A stretch of 29,751 nucleotides of DNA from an uncultured virus (IMG/VR IMGVR_UViG_2609460245_000002) (IMGVR_UViG_2609460245_000002:62001-91751), one strand, 5' to 3'. Shown: positions 9,259 through 18,082, counted from the stretch's first letter. A program made the numbers and translations. Notes: a model not told the origin generated them from the sequence alone.

Positions 9259-9734
9259 TTAAATACCGAAAGGGCGACCTGCTCGCCGCGTTCAAAAACA
9301 AAGAGTTGCACGCTATTGCGCATCAGGCTAATTGCTTCAACACCATGGGCAGCGGTATCGCTAAGCAAATCCGGGAGCAATTCCCGGAAGCTTACGAGGC
9401 GGACCTAGCTACGGAGAAAGGGGATCGAGCAAAGCTCGGCTCCCTCACCTTCACGATGAACGAGTACGGATCGATTTATAATCTGTACGGGCAGTACAAC
9501 TATGGCCGAGAAGAGGGTCGAATCTACACTCAGCTTGACGCACTGGGTCAAGCCTTGTACACTATGTCTCTGTTCCTTGAGGCAGAGGCTGATGCTCGGG
9601 CGATCCCTACCTCGGAGTTGTGTGTAGGTCTGCCGAAGATTGGCTGCGGTTTAGCCGGAGAGGACTGGAGCAATGTCGAGCCTCTTATCGAGGAGACGCT
9701 CGGCCAGTTTCAAGTGTACGTTTACGAACTGTAA
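9255..9734 (+). CDS. macrodomain protein (Appr-1''-p processing / ADP-ribose hydrolase-like)
   Basis: KGDLL, IAHQANCFNTMGSGIAKQI, NLYGQY, LPKIGCGLAG motifs. Confidence 0.9.
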   Translation: MIKYRKGDLLAAFKNKELHAIAHQANCFNTMGSGIAKQIREQFPEAYEADLATEKGDRAKLGSLTFTMNEYGSIYNLYGQYNYGREEGRIYTQLDALGQALYTMSLFLEAEADARAIPTSELCVGLPKIGCGLAGEDWSNVEPLIEETLGQFQVYVYEL

Positions 9735-9745
9735 TAGGAGGAGAT

Positions 9746-9880
9746 ATGATCCGGGGTGCAATTAAGTATAAGGGGACTTGGTTGGCCCCGGGCTCGGAGG
9801 CGTTCCAGCTTTATCAGGATAAAAAGCTAGACAAGTTGGATAAGCATCTAGCAAGATGGACAAAGAGTTCAAAAAGCTAA
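9746..9880 (+). CDS. small hypothetical protein (3' end possibly frameshifted)
   Basis: RBS AGGAGG, MIRGAIKYKGTWLAPGSEAFQLY. Confidence 0.65.
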   Translation: MIRGAIKYKGTWLAPGSEAFQLYQDKKLDKLDKHLARWTKSSKS

Positions 9881-9896
9881 GAAGGGAGGGAGTAAT

Positions 9897-10214
9897 ATGA
9901 CAATCGATGTAAGTGACTTTACAATCGAAGAGCTTCTCGACCTACAAGTCAAGGTAATTGAAGCGTTAAAACACAAATACAGTCATAATCTAGGTAGGCT
10001 ATCTATTGAGACCAATAGGCTGTCTATTGGAACTAGGATGATTGCCAAGGAAGGTTCTTGTGCTATCCCTGTAGGGTGGGACTGCGAGGTTATAGATACC
10101 GACTACGGAGACGAGTACTACCCTGTTCTATTGGAATATTCTAACCCGAAAAACGGAGAATATAGGCACCAATGGGTGACACCAGAAGATTTATCTAGAA
10201 TGGTGCCCTTATGA
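9897..10214 (+). CDS. hypothetical protein
   Basis: 105 aa ORF with RBS. Confidence 0.75.
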   Translation: MTIDVSDFTIEELLDLQVKVIEALKHKYSHNLGRLSIETNRLSIGTRMIAKEGSCAIPVGWDCEVIDTDYGDEYYPVLLEYSNPKNGEYRHQWVTPEDLSRMVPL

Positions 10215-10792
10215 AGTATTACACAGGAGTCGGAAGTAGAGATACGCCTAACAAGGAGTGGGGCATTCTCAGAGAGCTAGGCCGTAAATTAGCGGAACGA
10301 GGTTTTATTCTTCGGTCAGGAGGAGCGAAGGGAGCGGACTCGGCGTTCGAGGCAGGCTGGCTGGATTATATATCCAATAACAAAGGAGGGACTACGGCAG
10401 AAATCTATCTGCCGGAGCCCGGGTTCAATCAGTATGTGATAACTGAGACTCTAGGAGCTACAATCATTCCAGAAGAAGAGTGGCCGGAGCAGTGGGAGGA
10501 AGCCGGGAGTATTGCTAGCCGGATACACCCAGCTTGGAACTCTGTCAGAAATGATGGAGAGCCTGTTCTGAGTCCATTCGCAAGACGAGCCCACACTCGG
10601 AATGTTTTCCAAGTGTTGGGGACCAATCTCAGCACACCTAGCAAGTTCTTGGTGTGCTGGAGCAAGACAGACCACAACGGAATTCCAGAAGGCGGGACTA
10701 GAACCGCTTGGCAACTGGCAACTTCCACTGGCATCCCTTGCTTCAATCTGTACCGCCATGCAGATAGAGACAGAATCATGGCATTCTTGTAA
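10211..10792 (+). CDS. SLOG/DprA-like Rossmann-fold protein
   Basis: YTGVGSR, LRSGGAKGADSAFE, RN..Q, GGT..A motifs of the SLOG superfamily. Confidence 0.78.
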   Translation: MKYYTGVGSRDTPNKEWGILRELGRKLAERGFILRSGGAKGADSAFEAGWLDYISNNKGGTTAEIYLPEPGFNQYVITETLGATIIPEEEWPEQWEEAGSIASRIHPAWNSVRNDGEPVLSPFARRAHTRNVFQVLGTNLSTPSKFLVCWSKTDHNGIPEGGTRTAWQLATSTGIPCFNLYRHADRDRIMAFL

Positions 10793-10811
10793 AAATAAAT
10801 AGAGGTGTTAT

Positions 10812-11189
10812 ATGTATACAGTTGAGGTTCCAGAGGTTCCGGTCGTTTGTGATATCACCGACCCCAACCGCAGATGCATGCAGTGGATTAGAGCCAGAAT
10901 CCTTCGTCTGAAAAACTACCAAGATACGTATGCCGAAGACATTTATGTCTTGGAGCCCAGCCATGCAGACTTGGAATGCCGCTGGCGAGAATCCAACGAA
11001 CAGGAAGAGGCTATTAGGTGGGTTATCGCCTCGTTTGACGTTGATATGTGTGACGGCCAGAAGTTTAGACAACTGATCCGCTACGATATCAACAACATGT
11101 TCAAGTGGTATGGTCCTGCAAACCTTACGTGTGCTGAGGTGTTCACTCAGGCAAAATCCAAGGTGTGTCCTCCGTATGTTGACATGTGA
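10812..11189 (+). CDS. hypothetical protein
   Basis: 125 aa ORF, RBS AGAGG. Confidence 0.7.
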   Translation: MYTVEVPEVPVVCDITDPNRRCMQWIRARILRLKNYQDTYAEDIYVLEPSHADLECRWRESNEQEEAIRWVIASFDVDMCDGQKFRQLIRYDINNMFKWYGPANLTCAEVFTQAKSKVCPPYVDM

Positions 11190-11679
11190 AGAAATCGAGG
11201 AGCTTAAGGCCCGAATAGGGTCTAATGCTGATCGGTTGATTCGTAAGGTTGAGAGAGGCCTTGTGCCTCCTCTCGATACCAGCAGAGGGCGAAAGCCCTC
11301 TTTCTTTTTCAACGCTGTTCAGCCTGAAATGTACGAAGTCATGGTGGAGCTAGATGGAGACTACCCTCTGTGGGTTGACGACGTTCTCCAAGGAGTTGCC
11401 AGACTTGATTGGTACAGACCTGACGAAAGGTCGATTCCCCTCTCTGCAAAGAAGCTCTTGACAATTTTTGCAAGCCTTAGTAATATCAATGCTCACACGA
11501 TAAGCCACCTCCTGCGGGTTGAGGCTAGACAGGCTAATCGGTACTATAGAGCAGCCGAGTTCGCACATCAGAAACTGATTGACGGATTCTGCAAGGATGA
11601 GCTAAGATGCATGAAATATCCAGAGACATTCGTCTACCCCAAGCCGGATGTTCCCCAGACAGACCAAGAGGAGGGTTAG
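11176..11679 (+). CDS. hypothetical protein, possible C-terminal HTH
   Basis: ATG 11176 overlaps upstream gene; INAHTISHLLRVEARQANRYY is HTH-like. Confidence 0.65.
   Translation: MLTCEEIEELKARIGSNADRLIRKVERGLVPPLDTSRGRKPSFFFNAVQPEMYEVMVELDGDYPLWVDDVLQGVARLDWYRPDERSIPLSAKKLLTIFASLSNINAHTISHLLRVEARQANRYYRAAEFAHQKLIDGFCKDELRCMKYPETFVYPKPDVPQTDQEEG
11284..11309 (+). terminator. terminator-like hairpin inside a CDS
   Basis: AGAGGGC-GAAA-GCCCTCT followed by TTCTTTTT. Confidence 0.55.
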
Positions 11680-11680
11680 T

Positions 11681-12022
11681 ATGTTCAAGAAACTCGTAGC
11701 TATTGCGTTTACACTCGCCCTGCATTCGTGCGGGGTCGCTCCTGCTTATGCAGAGGACACTTCTGGCCGCGATGCAGAATACTGCTCGGCTGTAGTTGCA
11801 CACTTGACAAGCATGCCAATGGAGGCTATGCTCTCTGCTCTGGATGTTCGTCCCGGGGATGATCCTGTTATCCGAGTAGCAAACACCATGTATATCTATA
11901 CATGCAAGGTGGAGGGCAATCTGGTGCTGGTCAAGGGAGACTTTGAGAAAGGCTTCTATCGTGCGTTCCTCGTCCAAGAGGACGACTACAACTACTACAT
12001 TAGCCGGGAGGAAATGCTGTGA
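11681..12022 (+). CDS. secreted or lipoprotein-like hypothetical protein
   Basis: MFKKLVAIAFTLALHSCGVAPAYA signal peptide; RBS GAGGAGG. Confidence 0.75.
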   Translation: MFKKLVAIAFTLALHSCGVAPAYAEDTSGRDAEYCSAVVAHLTSMPMEAMLSALDVRPGDDPVIRVANTMYIYTCKVEGNLVLVKGDFEKGFYRAFLVQEDDYNYYISREEML

Positions 12023-12234
12023 TCTTCGATAAGTATACTATCTCGCTAGATACGTTTAAGGACGGTACTGAAGAATACGTCCTGTTCAGGAAAGAGGACA
12101 ACGGGTGTCTGACTTACATTACGAGTTTCGCAACCAAATACTCAGCTATTGACCACGCTTTCTTCTTGGAGTACAATCGCTACCCATCAGCTTATGAGGA
12201 GGCCGACCTGTACAACTGGGTTGTAATGTGTTGA
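12019..12234 (+). CDS. hypothetical protein
   Basis: 71 aa, GTGA overlap. Confidence 0.7.
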   Translation: MIFDKYTISLDTFKDGTEEYVLFRKEDNGCLTYITSFATKYSAIDHAFFLEYNRYPSAYEEADLYNWVVMC

Positions 12235-12289
12235 CCGGAGGTCGAAGCAAAAATTTCGAGCCCTAGTGGGGCTCTCAGAGGAGGAAACA

Positions 12290-12574
12290 ATGAGATCAGT
12301 TGCAGAGTTGATAAAGGAAGATTACTTGGTAAACGACCGGGACACGTATATGTGTTATATTCTAAGCGACCTAGCAGAAGAAGGGCAAATCTCCCACGGA
12401 GAGTATCGGTCATTCAGAGAGTGGCTACTAGAGGAGCATGGGATTCCGTCGTGGGATTCAGTTATCTCTCTTCTTCATCGTAATTACCTGCTGGATACTG
12501 ATCTAAACTGGGTGAACTTTTATGTCTGGTCTTATTTCGACCTGATTCGAAAGGAGGAAAACAATGAACTCTAA
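12290..12574 (+). CDS. hypothetical protein, YMC/WxNFYVW paralog 1
   Basis: RBS GAGGAGG; YMCYIL and WVNFYVWSYFDLIRK. Confidence 0.8.
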   Translation: MRSVAELIKEDYLVNDRDTYMCYILSDLAEEGQISHGEYRSFREWLLEEHGIPSWDSVISLLHRNYLLDTDLNWVNFYVWSYFDLIRKEENNEL

Positions 12575-12926
12575 TTCTATTGCACCGCTAATCAAGGAGG
12601 GCATGCGGGCATTCTTAGAGAACGAAGAAGAGCCTTACATGTGCTACATTCTGGAGAGATTGGCACTGTGCAGTGACTCCAGCGTCACCGTCTCAGACGT
12701 GGGACGATTTAAGGGGTGGCTAGATAAGACCTTTGGAATCGGGCCGCTTAATTCGGTAATGCACCTCTTGGACGAAGTAGCTGATTCATGCGTGTTATCC
12801 ATGTTCGAGAATAACCCTCCGAACAAGGACTGGGAAGACTATTGGGAAGGCTGGGCCATAGGCAGAGCGTGGTGCAACTTCTACGTGTGGGCCTACTTCG
12901 ACTTGATTCGAAAAGGAGGGGAGTAA
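12564..12926 (+). CDS. hypothetical protein, YMC/WxNFYVW paralog 2
   Basis: YMCYIL and WCNFYVWAYFDLIRK. Confidence 0.8.
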   Translation: MNSNSIAPLIKEGMRAFLENEEEPYMCYILERLALCSDSSVTVSDVGRFKGWLDKTFGIGPLNSVMHLLDEVADSCVLSMFENNPPNKDWEDYWEGWAIGRAWCNFYVWAYFDLIRKGGE

Positions 12927-13237
12927 TGGAGATAATCCCAATGCTATTCGTCCTCGCGCTCGCGTGGGGAATTGTGTTCATGTGGACCTACATGGGTATC
13001 ACGGAGTATTTCAAAGATAACTTCCCAGCTAGTGCGACTAAAGATCACAGAGAGGGTATCGAGGCTTTTGCCATTGTACTGGGACTGCTATGGCCTATTA
13101 CATACACAGTGTATGCTAGCTTTCTGCTACTCTACGCAACATACAGCGTTTTGAAAGTGGTGTTGTTACCTAAGTGGGCTCTGTCTATCTGGAACAGCCG
13201 TAAACTACTTAAGAGGATCGCACCATGGAACAAGTAG
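12926..13237 (+). CDS. two-TM membrane protein
   Basis: TAATG coupling; hydrophobic segments; LLWP motif. Confidence 0.75.
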   Translation: MEIIPMLFVLALAWGIVFMWTYMGITEYFKDNFPASATKDHREGIEAFAIVLGLLWPITYTVYASFLLLYATYSVLKVVLLPKWALSIWNSRKLLKRIAPWNK

Positions 13238-13502
13238 GGCTTCTCATTCTCGTATGCATAGTCGTCGGAGTGGTCTGCCTATTGTTCTACTCTGTGATAG
13301 GGATGTTCGTATGGGAATCTCTACGACCCTTCTTGGGTGGAGGGGAGAAAGTACGGAGAGGCGTAAGAAAGAGGCCCGAGCGGTGTTAGCTGGAATATTC
13401 TGGCCTATCGCCGTACCGTTTATGACTATGCTATTCCTCGTTAGTCTCCCTAGAAAAGTGTGGAGACTGACTAGGGTAGCTATCACAGGAGAGGAGGACT
13501 GA
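13225..13502 (+). CDS. two-TM membrane protein (apparent frameshift at about 13345)
   Basis: MEQVGLLILVCIVVGVVCLLF from ATG 13225 joins the GIFWPIAVPF frame. Confidence 0.6.
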
Positions 13503-13504
13503 AT

Positions 13505-14191
13505 ATGTTTAAGAAGCTGTTCGCATGGTTCCGAGAGGAAGAGCGGAACGAGGAGCCTAAACTACTGGAGGCCCGGGTCGAGGAGTGCTACGACCCCGCC
13601 TCCCGACCTATCAAATACATGAGTGCTGAGCAGGAGAACCGCCTGAAAGAACTGGAGGGTAAAATCGGAGAACCTGTTAAAGCCATCTGTGAGACATTCT
13701 TCGACTGGAAACGGTGGACTGTATACCGAGACTGGAGGCACGCTTTCCAGTCTCAATCTAACTCGGAGAATGTAAAGATCACCGACTATAAGACCGGCAC
13801 TACGCTGGAATGGAAAGCCGTCTCTGATACTGGACGAGTAGGTATCATATGGAAAGACCTTCCACTCGTACAGCATGACACTCGTCTAGGGCTGCTGTAT
13901 CAGGAATGGATGACCGCCGAGGAGAGCGAGTATGCAACTCTTATGGCAAGGAAAGCTATCAGCGTGTTGGCAAAGAAGAAGGACCATATCTCAAGAGTGC
14001 TATCGCGTAGAAAAGAGCGACAGAACTACAGAGCTGGGCTTGTTGATCGTGCGCTGATGATGGAGAAGTATGTAGGGGTCCAAGAAGGAGATGAGTGGGA
14101 TATCATTCTAAAAGGAGCTAGAGAGCGTCTGGAACAGACTATCACCACAGAAGGCTTGACAATGGACTGGGAACGTTTTACACTCCCATAA
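13505..14191 (+). CDS. hypothetical protein
   Basis: 228 aa ORF, RBS GAGGAGG. Confidence 0.8.
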   Translation: MFKKLFAWFREEERNEEPKLLEARVEECYDPASRPIKYMSAEQENRLKELEGKIGEPVKAICETFFDWKRWTVYRDWRHAFQSQSNSENVKITDYKTGTTLEWKAVSDTGRVGIIWKDLPLVQHDTRLGLLYQEWMTAEESEYATLMARKAISVLAKKKDHISRVLSRRKERQNYRAGLVDRALMMEKYVGVQEGDEWDIILKGARERLEQTITTEGLTMDWERFTLP

Positions 14192-14213
14192 AACACAGAC
14201 AGGAGGACTGAAA

Positions 14214-14630
14214 TTGAAAGAGCGTTTGGTGAAGTTTTACACTATTGTGAAGACCCCCGAAGAGAACATTGCAGTACAACAGCACCTTAAGGCTTATGGT
14301 ATCGAGTTTGGGAGCGGAAACGGCTTCATGTACGACAAGGCTCAAGTGCTACTGTGGGTTGGAGATAATCTGCTGGACTACACTCGTAAAAGCGACGGAA
14401 GTCCAATGACATTCCTGTGGTACGAGGAAGAACTCAAAGAGGCCATTGGATACTCGAAATCGACCTACGACTTCCGAAGGGTAGACTTCCATTTCGTCAC
14501 TGAGAAGAAAGTGACCGCGTACACGCTTCATGAGTGTGACACTGGTCCTACTACAGAGCTAAATGGCACCTACACGCTTCAAGCGTTGAAGGAAATCATT
14601 GCAGACATGGAGGAAGAGAATGAAAACTAA
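14214..14630 (+). CDS. hypothetical protein
   Basis: TTG start after AGGAGG. Confidence 0.75.
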   Translation: MKERLVKFYTIVKTPEENIAVQQHLKAYGIEFGSGNGFMYDKAQVLLWVGDNLLDYTRKSDGSPMTFLWYEEELKEAIGYSKSTYDFRRVDFHFVTEKKVTAYTLHECDTGPTTELNGTYTLQALKEIIADMEEENEN

Positions 14631-15031
14631 AAGAGATCGATGTCAGCAATTTCACTGCCGAACAGTTTGATGCGTTCCTTGAGTACTGTCAGTACGCTCA
14701 ATTGAAGGTAGGAGAGGGCGTCGTTGATAAGATCAGGGAGTGGATGGAACACCCTATCTCCGTAGATGGGCCAGATGATAGTCCCCGGTGCCTATACATC
14801 CGGGATCATCCCGAAGACCGGTTCATTAGCTACGGAACTGGCCTGCGAAGCAAGTGGCAACCCGATGTGTATGACTTGTATCGGCCTACCTTCCAGACTA
14901 AGTGTGTGATGACTCTAGGGAAGGCAGACAAGTATGTGGTCGTAGGAGACGAGACCATTTCACTGGAGGAGCTAAAGACTATCCTAGCTAAGCAAGGGGT
15001 GTTTGCTGCGTTTGGAGGGTCTAATGTCTGA
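14620..15031 (+). CDS. hypothetical protein (extra A in run at about 14629-14632)
   Basis: MKTK-EIDVSNFTAEQF joins the 14702 ORF frame. Confidence 0.7.
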
Positions 15032-15290
15032 GCAATATTGGTATCCATCCCCCATCGGGTGCATCAAAAGCCTCTACGCAGTAGCTTTGGAGGCTTGGGC
15101 CAGAGACTTCTGGAATGAGGGTAATCTAAGCAAGATTCTCCGTCATAATGGATTTAGTCCATGCCAGAGCATGGAGAAAGTGTTGCAATACATGGACCAG
15201 ATAAACGAAGAGTATTGCAACCTCATGATGAACTACGCCACTAGGGAGTATATGGAAGAGCAGAGACAACTGGAATCTCTTCATACATAA
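15024..15290 (+). CDS. hypothetical protein
   Basis: ATG 15024 after GGAGG; last gene before terminator. Confidence 0.7.
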   Translation: MSEQYWYPSPIGCIKSLYAVALEAWARDFWNEGNLSKILRHNGFSPCQSMEKVLQYMDQINEEYCNLMMNYATREYMEEQRQLESLHT

Positions 15291-15302
15291 ACTCAAGGCA
15301 AT

Positions 15303-15346
15303 AAAAAAGCCCCGGGATCAGCTTTCGCTGCCCGGGGCTTCTCTTT
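15303..15346. terminator. bidirectional intrinsic terminator
   Basis: AAAAAAGCCCCGGG...CCCGGGGCTTCTCTTT between convergent genes. Confidence 0.8.
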
Positions 15347-15503
15347 ACCACGCCGATGGTCTAGCTGTTGTCAATCTATTCCCTACACCTACCCTGTACA
15401 CAGCGGCAGCCCCTTCTACTCCGAGTGCGACAATAGCTTCGTATACAGTTGCGAATTTGCCACCTGCACTAGCTGCAAGCGGAGCTTGAATATTATCTTC
15501 CAT
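15345..15503 (-). CDS. small hypothetical protein (52 aa)
   Basis: MEDNIQAPLAASAGGKF...SAW*, RBS AAGGA; ends at the terminator. Confidence 0.5.
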   Translation of the reverse strand: MEDNIQAPLAASAGGKFATVYEAIVALGVEGAAAVYRVGVGNRLTTARPSAW

Positions 15504-16024
15504 TCTATATTCCTTCTATTTGTGGTGAATCTATACAACCATCGCTTATCCAGCTATAATGAAGAATAAGAACATCCTATAAGGATTATAGCACGAAAAT
15601 AGGAAATAAAGCAATGATGGCATTTAGCCGCTAAAGGTATATTCGAATCCTAAACCCCCCGCCGAATAGAGTGATACGTTTGTAGAGTGTGCCTCCTCTA
15701 CTGCTGGGAAAATAATGGAGGGAGCGGGCCTACCCTCTGCTGGTTCGCCTTCTGCCAGTTATGGATTTATTTCCGAGCTACTTAACCACGAACCCACCTC
15801 GCTACCCTAACCCTTAGTAAATTCAAAATAATGGGTGGCCGTGGTCTTTCCTTCTTAGCGACAGCTAAGCTATGCAAAACTAATGCCAACGGGCTCCCGC
15901 CCTGCCGGGTAAAATCTTTCCACATGTTGGCATGGAATATGCATATACGTTTGATAGCTTCGCTATCGGATTACTCGCACCCCGATAGGACACTCTAAGA
16001 GGGGTTGACCATGGCCCCGTCGAT

Positions 16025-16625
16025 CTACTGCAACAATGTGGTCTCTTTCCCCTGTGCAATATCCTTGCCAAGTTTGTTAACTCTCTCAAGCAACGCTTGA
16101 ACAACGTTTACACTGTGAACATCCTCCATCTGATAGAGATCAATACATTCATGGATGGCTGCTACCTTGCATGTTGCCATGCCGCATGGGCTTGCATCGG
16201 ATCGTCGAACGATCCAAGGGTAGACTGCTTTCCAAGTGTCCTACACTGAGCCACGTATACAGGCATCCCATACTTGTCATAGCGTGCTAGGCGGACGCCT
16301 AGAGGGATATAGCTATCCCACGTATTGGCACGGCTATTGCATGCCTTGTCGCAGTTGGAGAATAGAGTGTGCATGTATGTAGGCGTGAACTCGCATGTAT
16401 GCGGAGCATAGAGCTTGTTTCCCGGGAAGAGAATATTCCTGTCTAGGCGGTAGCTACGGCGTACCCTGACACATTCACCACCCAATCATAGAACGCTTCG
16501 AAGCCTGTCTTGGGCTTGGCCCATTCTTTGCATATCTCATCGCCTGCGATGGCACGTTTACGCATGGCGTAATAGATTTGCTTAGCGTAATGGATGTGAA
16601 TCTTGGCATGATTGTTGCTTGTCAT
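16025..16625 (-). CDS. HNH/AP2-type endonuclease-like protein (two apparent single-base deletions)
   Basis: ICKEW..FEAFYDW, LDRNILFPGNKLYAPHTCEF, IPLGV, LGSFDDPMQAHAAW; RBS AAGGAGG; frames join at about 16460 and 16166. Confidence 0.65.
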
Positions 16626-17378
16626 TGTGCCTCCTTGTGTGAATTTTGATCTATCGATAGCGGCAGCTATCAACCCTTTAGTTTAACGTATTTGCTGGGC
16701 TGGAGTCAAGGTTTTCAGTGTCACTACTTCCGGTCGCAATATACTAAAGGGTAGAGCCTACACTTCACAGATCACTTTGAAAGCTCCGCTTTCGAGGGTT
16801 ACCCTTGTCATGCTTATGCAATTCGTGTGCCATGCAAAACGGGATAGCGGAGCTATCACAGGGTATACTATAGCATGCATCCGCATGCAAAGTGAAGTCA
16901 CTTCTGAGGCGCATGATGAACTGTACGCAATTCTCATTGCAAAATGAGAGCGGATGTAAGCTGTCGCTTAACACAAAACGTCAAAGTGGTAGCGCGGAAA
17001 GGGGTTATAGGCCCAATATACCCAAAATCTACTCAAAACAACCAACATCCTATGCTAATCGCATATGGCCCTAAAACCTCCTACAAGCCTCAAACTATAA
17101 GGCTTCCGCCTTGACGGTGCAGACTAACATAGCGAAGCTATCGCTTCATATACGGCCTCACAGGCCGCTTAAAACCGGTAGGTTTAAGGTGGGTTATTGT
17201 GGGGTTATTTGATAGGGGTGAACTGGACAGAATGCTATCTGTACAGCTTTCGCTGTCATGCTGTTATACATGTAACGTCAACGTTACAAGTGGTCTATCT
17301 TGTCATGCTGGTGTTACCTCTACAGAGTGTTACAACATTACATGTTAATTACACTTGAAAGCTGTCGCTTTCGCAGAT

Positions 17379-17404
17379 AGAACAAAGCCCGCACAAGGCG
17401 GGCT
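17379..17404 (-). terminator. intrinsic terminator ending the - strand early cluster
   Basis: AGCCCGC-5 nt-GCGGGCT then TTGTTCT on the - strand. Confidence 0.7.
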
Positions 17405-17431
17405 GTTAGAGCTTTAATGGATTAGTGCGGT

Positions 17432-17590
17432 TTAGTGATGGCTGCGGATGCACTTAGCTTCATCGTGGAGATTGCGGATGCGCTCGGCCCAAGGATGGCC
17501 AGAGAACTGATACCCACGATGTTCCGGCAGGAGCATCAGGCGGAGGGTTGCACAGCGTTCGTTCTGTAGGCGTGCCAGAGTGGAGTTCAT
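17432..17590 (-). CDS. small early hypothetical protein
   Basis: MNSTLARLQNERC, RBS GAGGA. Confidence 0.7.
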   Translation of the reverse strand: MNSTLARLQNERCATLRLMLLPEHRGYQFSGHPWAERIRNLHDEAKCIRSHH

Positions 17591-17621
17591 GATCTTTCCT
17601 CGATTAGGCTTCAGTGAATGG

Positions 17622-17759
17622 TTAGCGACGAAGGGTTGCGAGATTGGACCCACAGTGACCGCACCACTTCTTCCCTAGTGCCACTACAACATTGTGTTTA
17701 CTCCAGCCGCCATTTACGGCTCCGCACTTAAGACATACAACTACAGGCGAGTTATTCAT
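17622..17759 (-). CDS. 45 aa zinc-ribbon protein
   Basis: CLKC...CGHC; RBS GAGGAG. Confidence 0.7.
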   Translation of the reverse strand: MNNSPVVVCLKCGAVNGGWSKHNVVVALGKKWCGHCGSNLATLRR

Positions 17760-17809
17760 GTTGTCTCCTCGGTCGTGCTCTGTGATGACCCGGCGAACCG
17801 GGGTTACGG

Positions 17810-18004
17810 TTACTTGCGATACTTCTTAATCAAGTCGTGAGCCATGCTAATGGCGTCAGAGTAGGTTTCACCACCAGCTTGCATCTCCTTGACAGCCTTG
17901 TTACGCAGTGCATTCAATTTGTTTCCGTTGATGGTGCCTTTTTCATCCTTGACAGCTTCACAAGCATCGCGCAGAGTTTTCAGGGCTTGGTAGGTTGCTT
18001 GCAT
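17810..18004 (-). CDS. small early hypothetical protein
   Basis: 64 aa, directly downstream of a promoter cassette. Confidence 0.8.
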   Translation of the reverse strand: MQATYQALKTLRDACEAVKDEKGTINGNKLNALRNKAVKEMQAGGETYSDAISMAHDLIKKYRK

Positions 18005-18050
18005 CGTCTTTTACCTATTCAGTTGCTCAGGGTGATTCCCTTTGCTTGAT

Positions 18051-18082
18051 GGCCATTCTACAGGAATGGCCTAAGCTGTCAA
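18051..18082 (-). promoter_or_regulatory. early sigma70 promoter, palindromic cassette
   Basis: TTGACA-16 bp-TAGAAT with GGCCATTC-N5-GAATGGCC. Confidence 0.85.

Larger units (their letters stand above)
15319..17372. repeat. 12 dispersed AGC-GN(N)A-GCT mini-hairpins
   Basis: Copies at 15319, 15476, 15854, 15953, 16656, 16779, 16843, 16957, 17129, 17134, 17243, 17357. Confidence 0.8.

Noticed and set aside
15880..16104. 74 aa - strand ORF
   Set aside because: Its 5' part overlaps the reconstructed C-terminus of the HNH/AP2-like gene in another frame; no RBS
16765..17074. Short ORFs in the convergence zone
   Set aside because: No RBS, overlap each other on opposite strands, atypical composition
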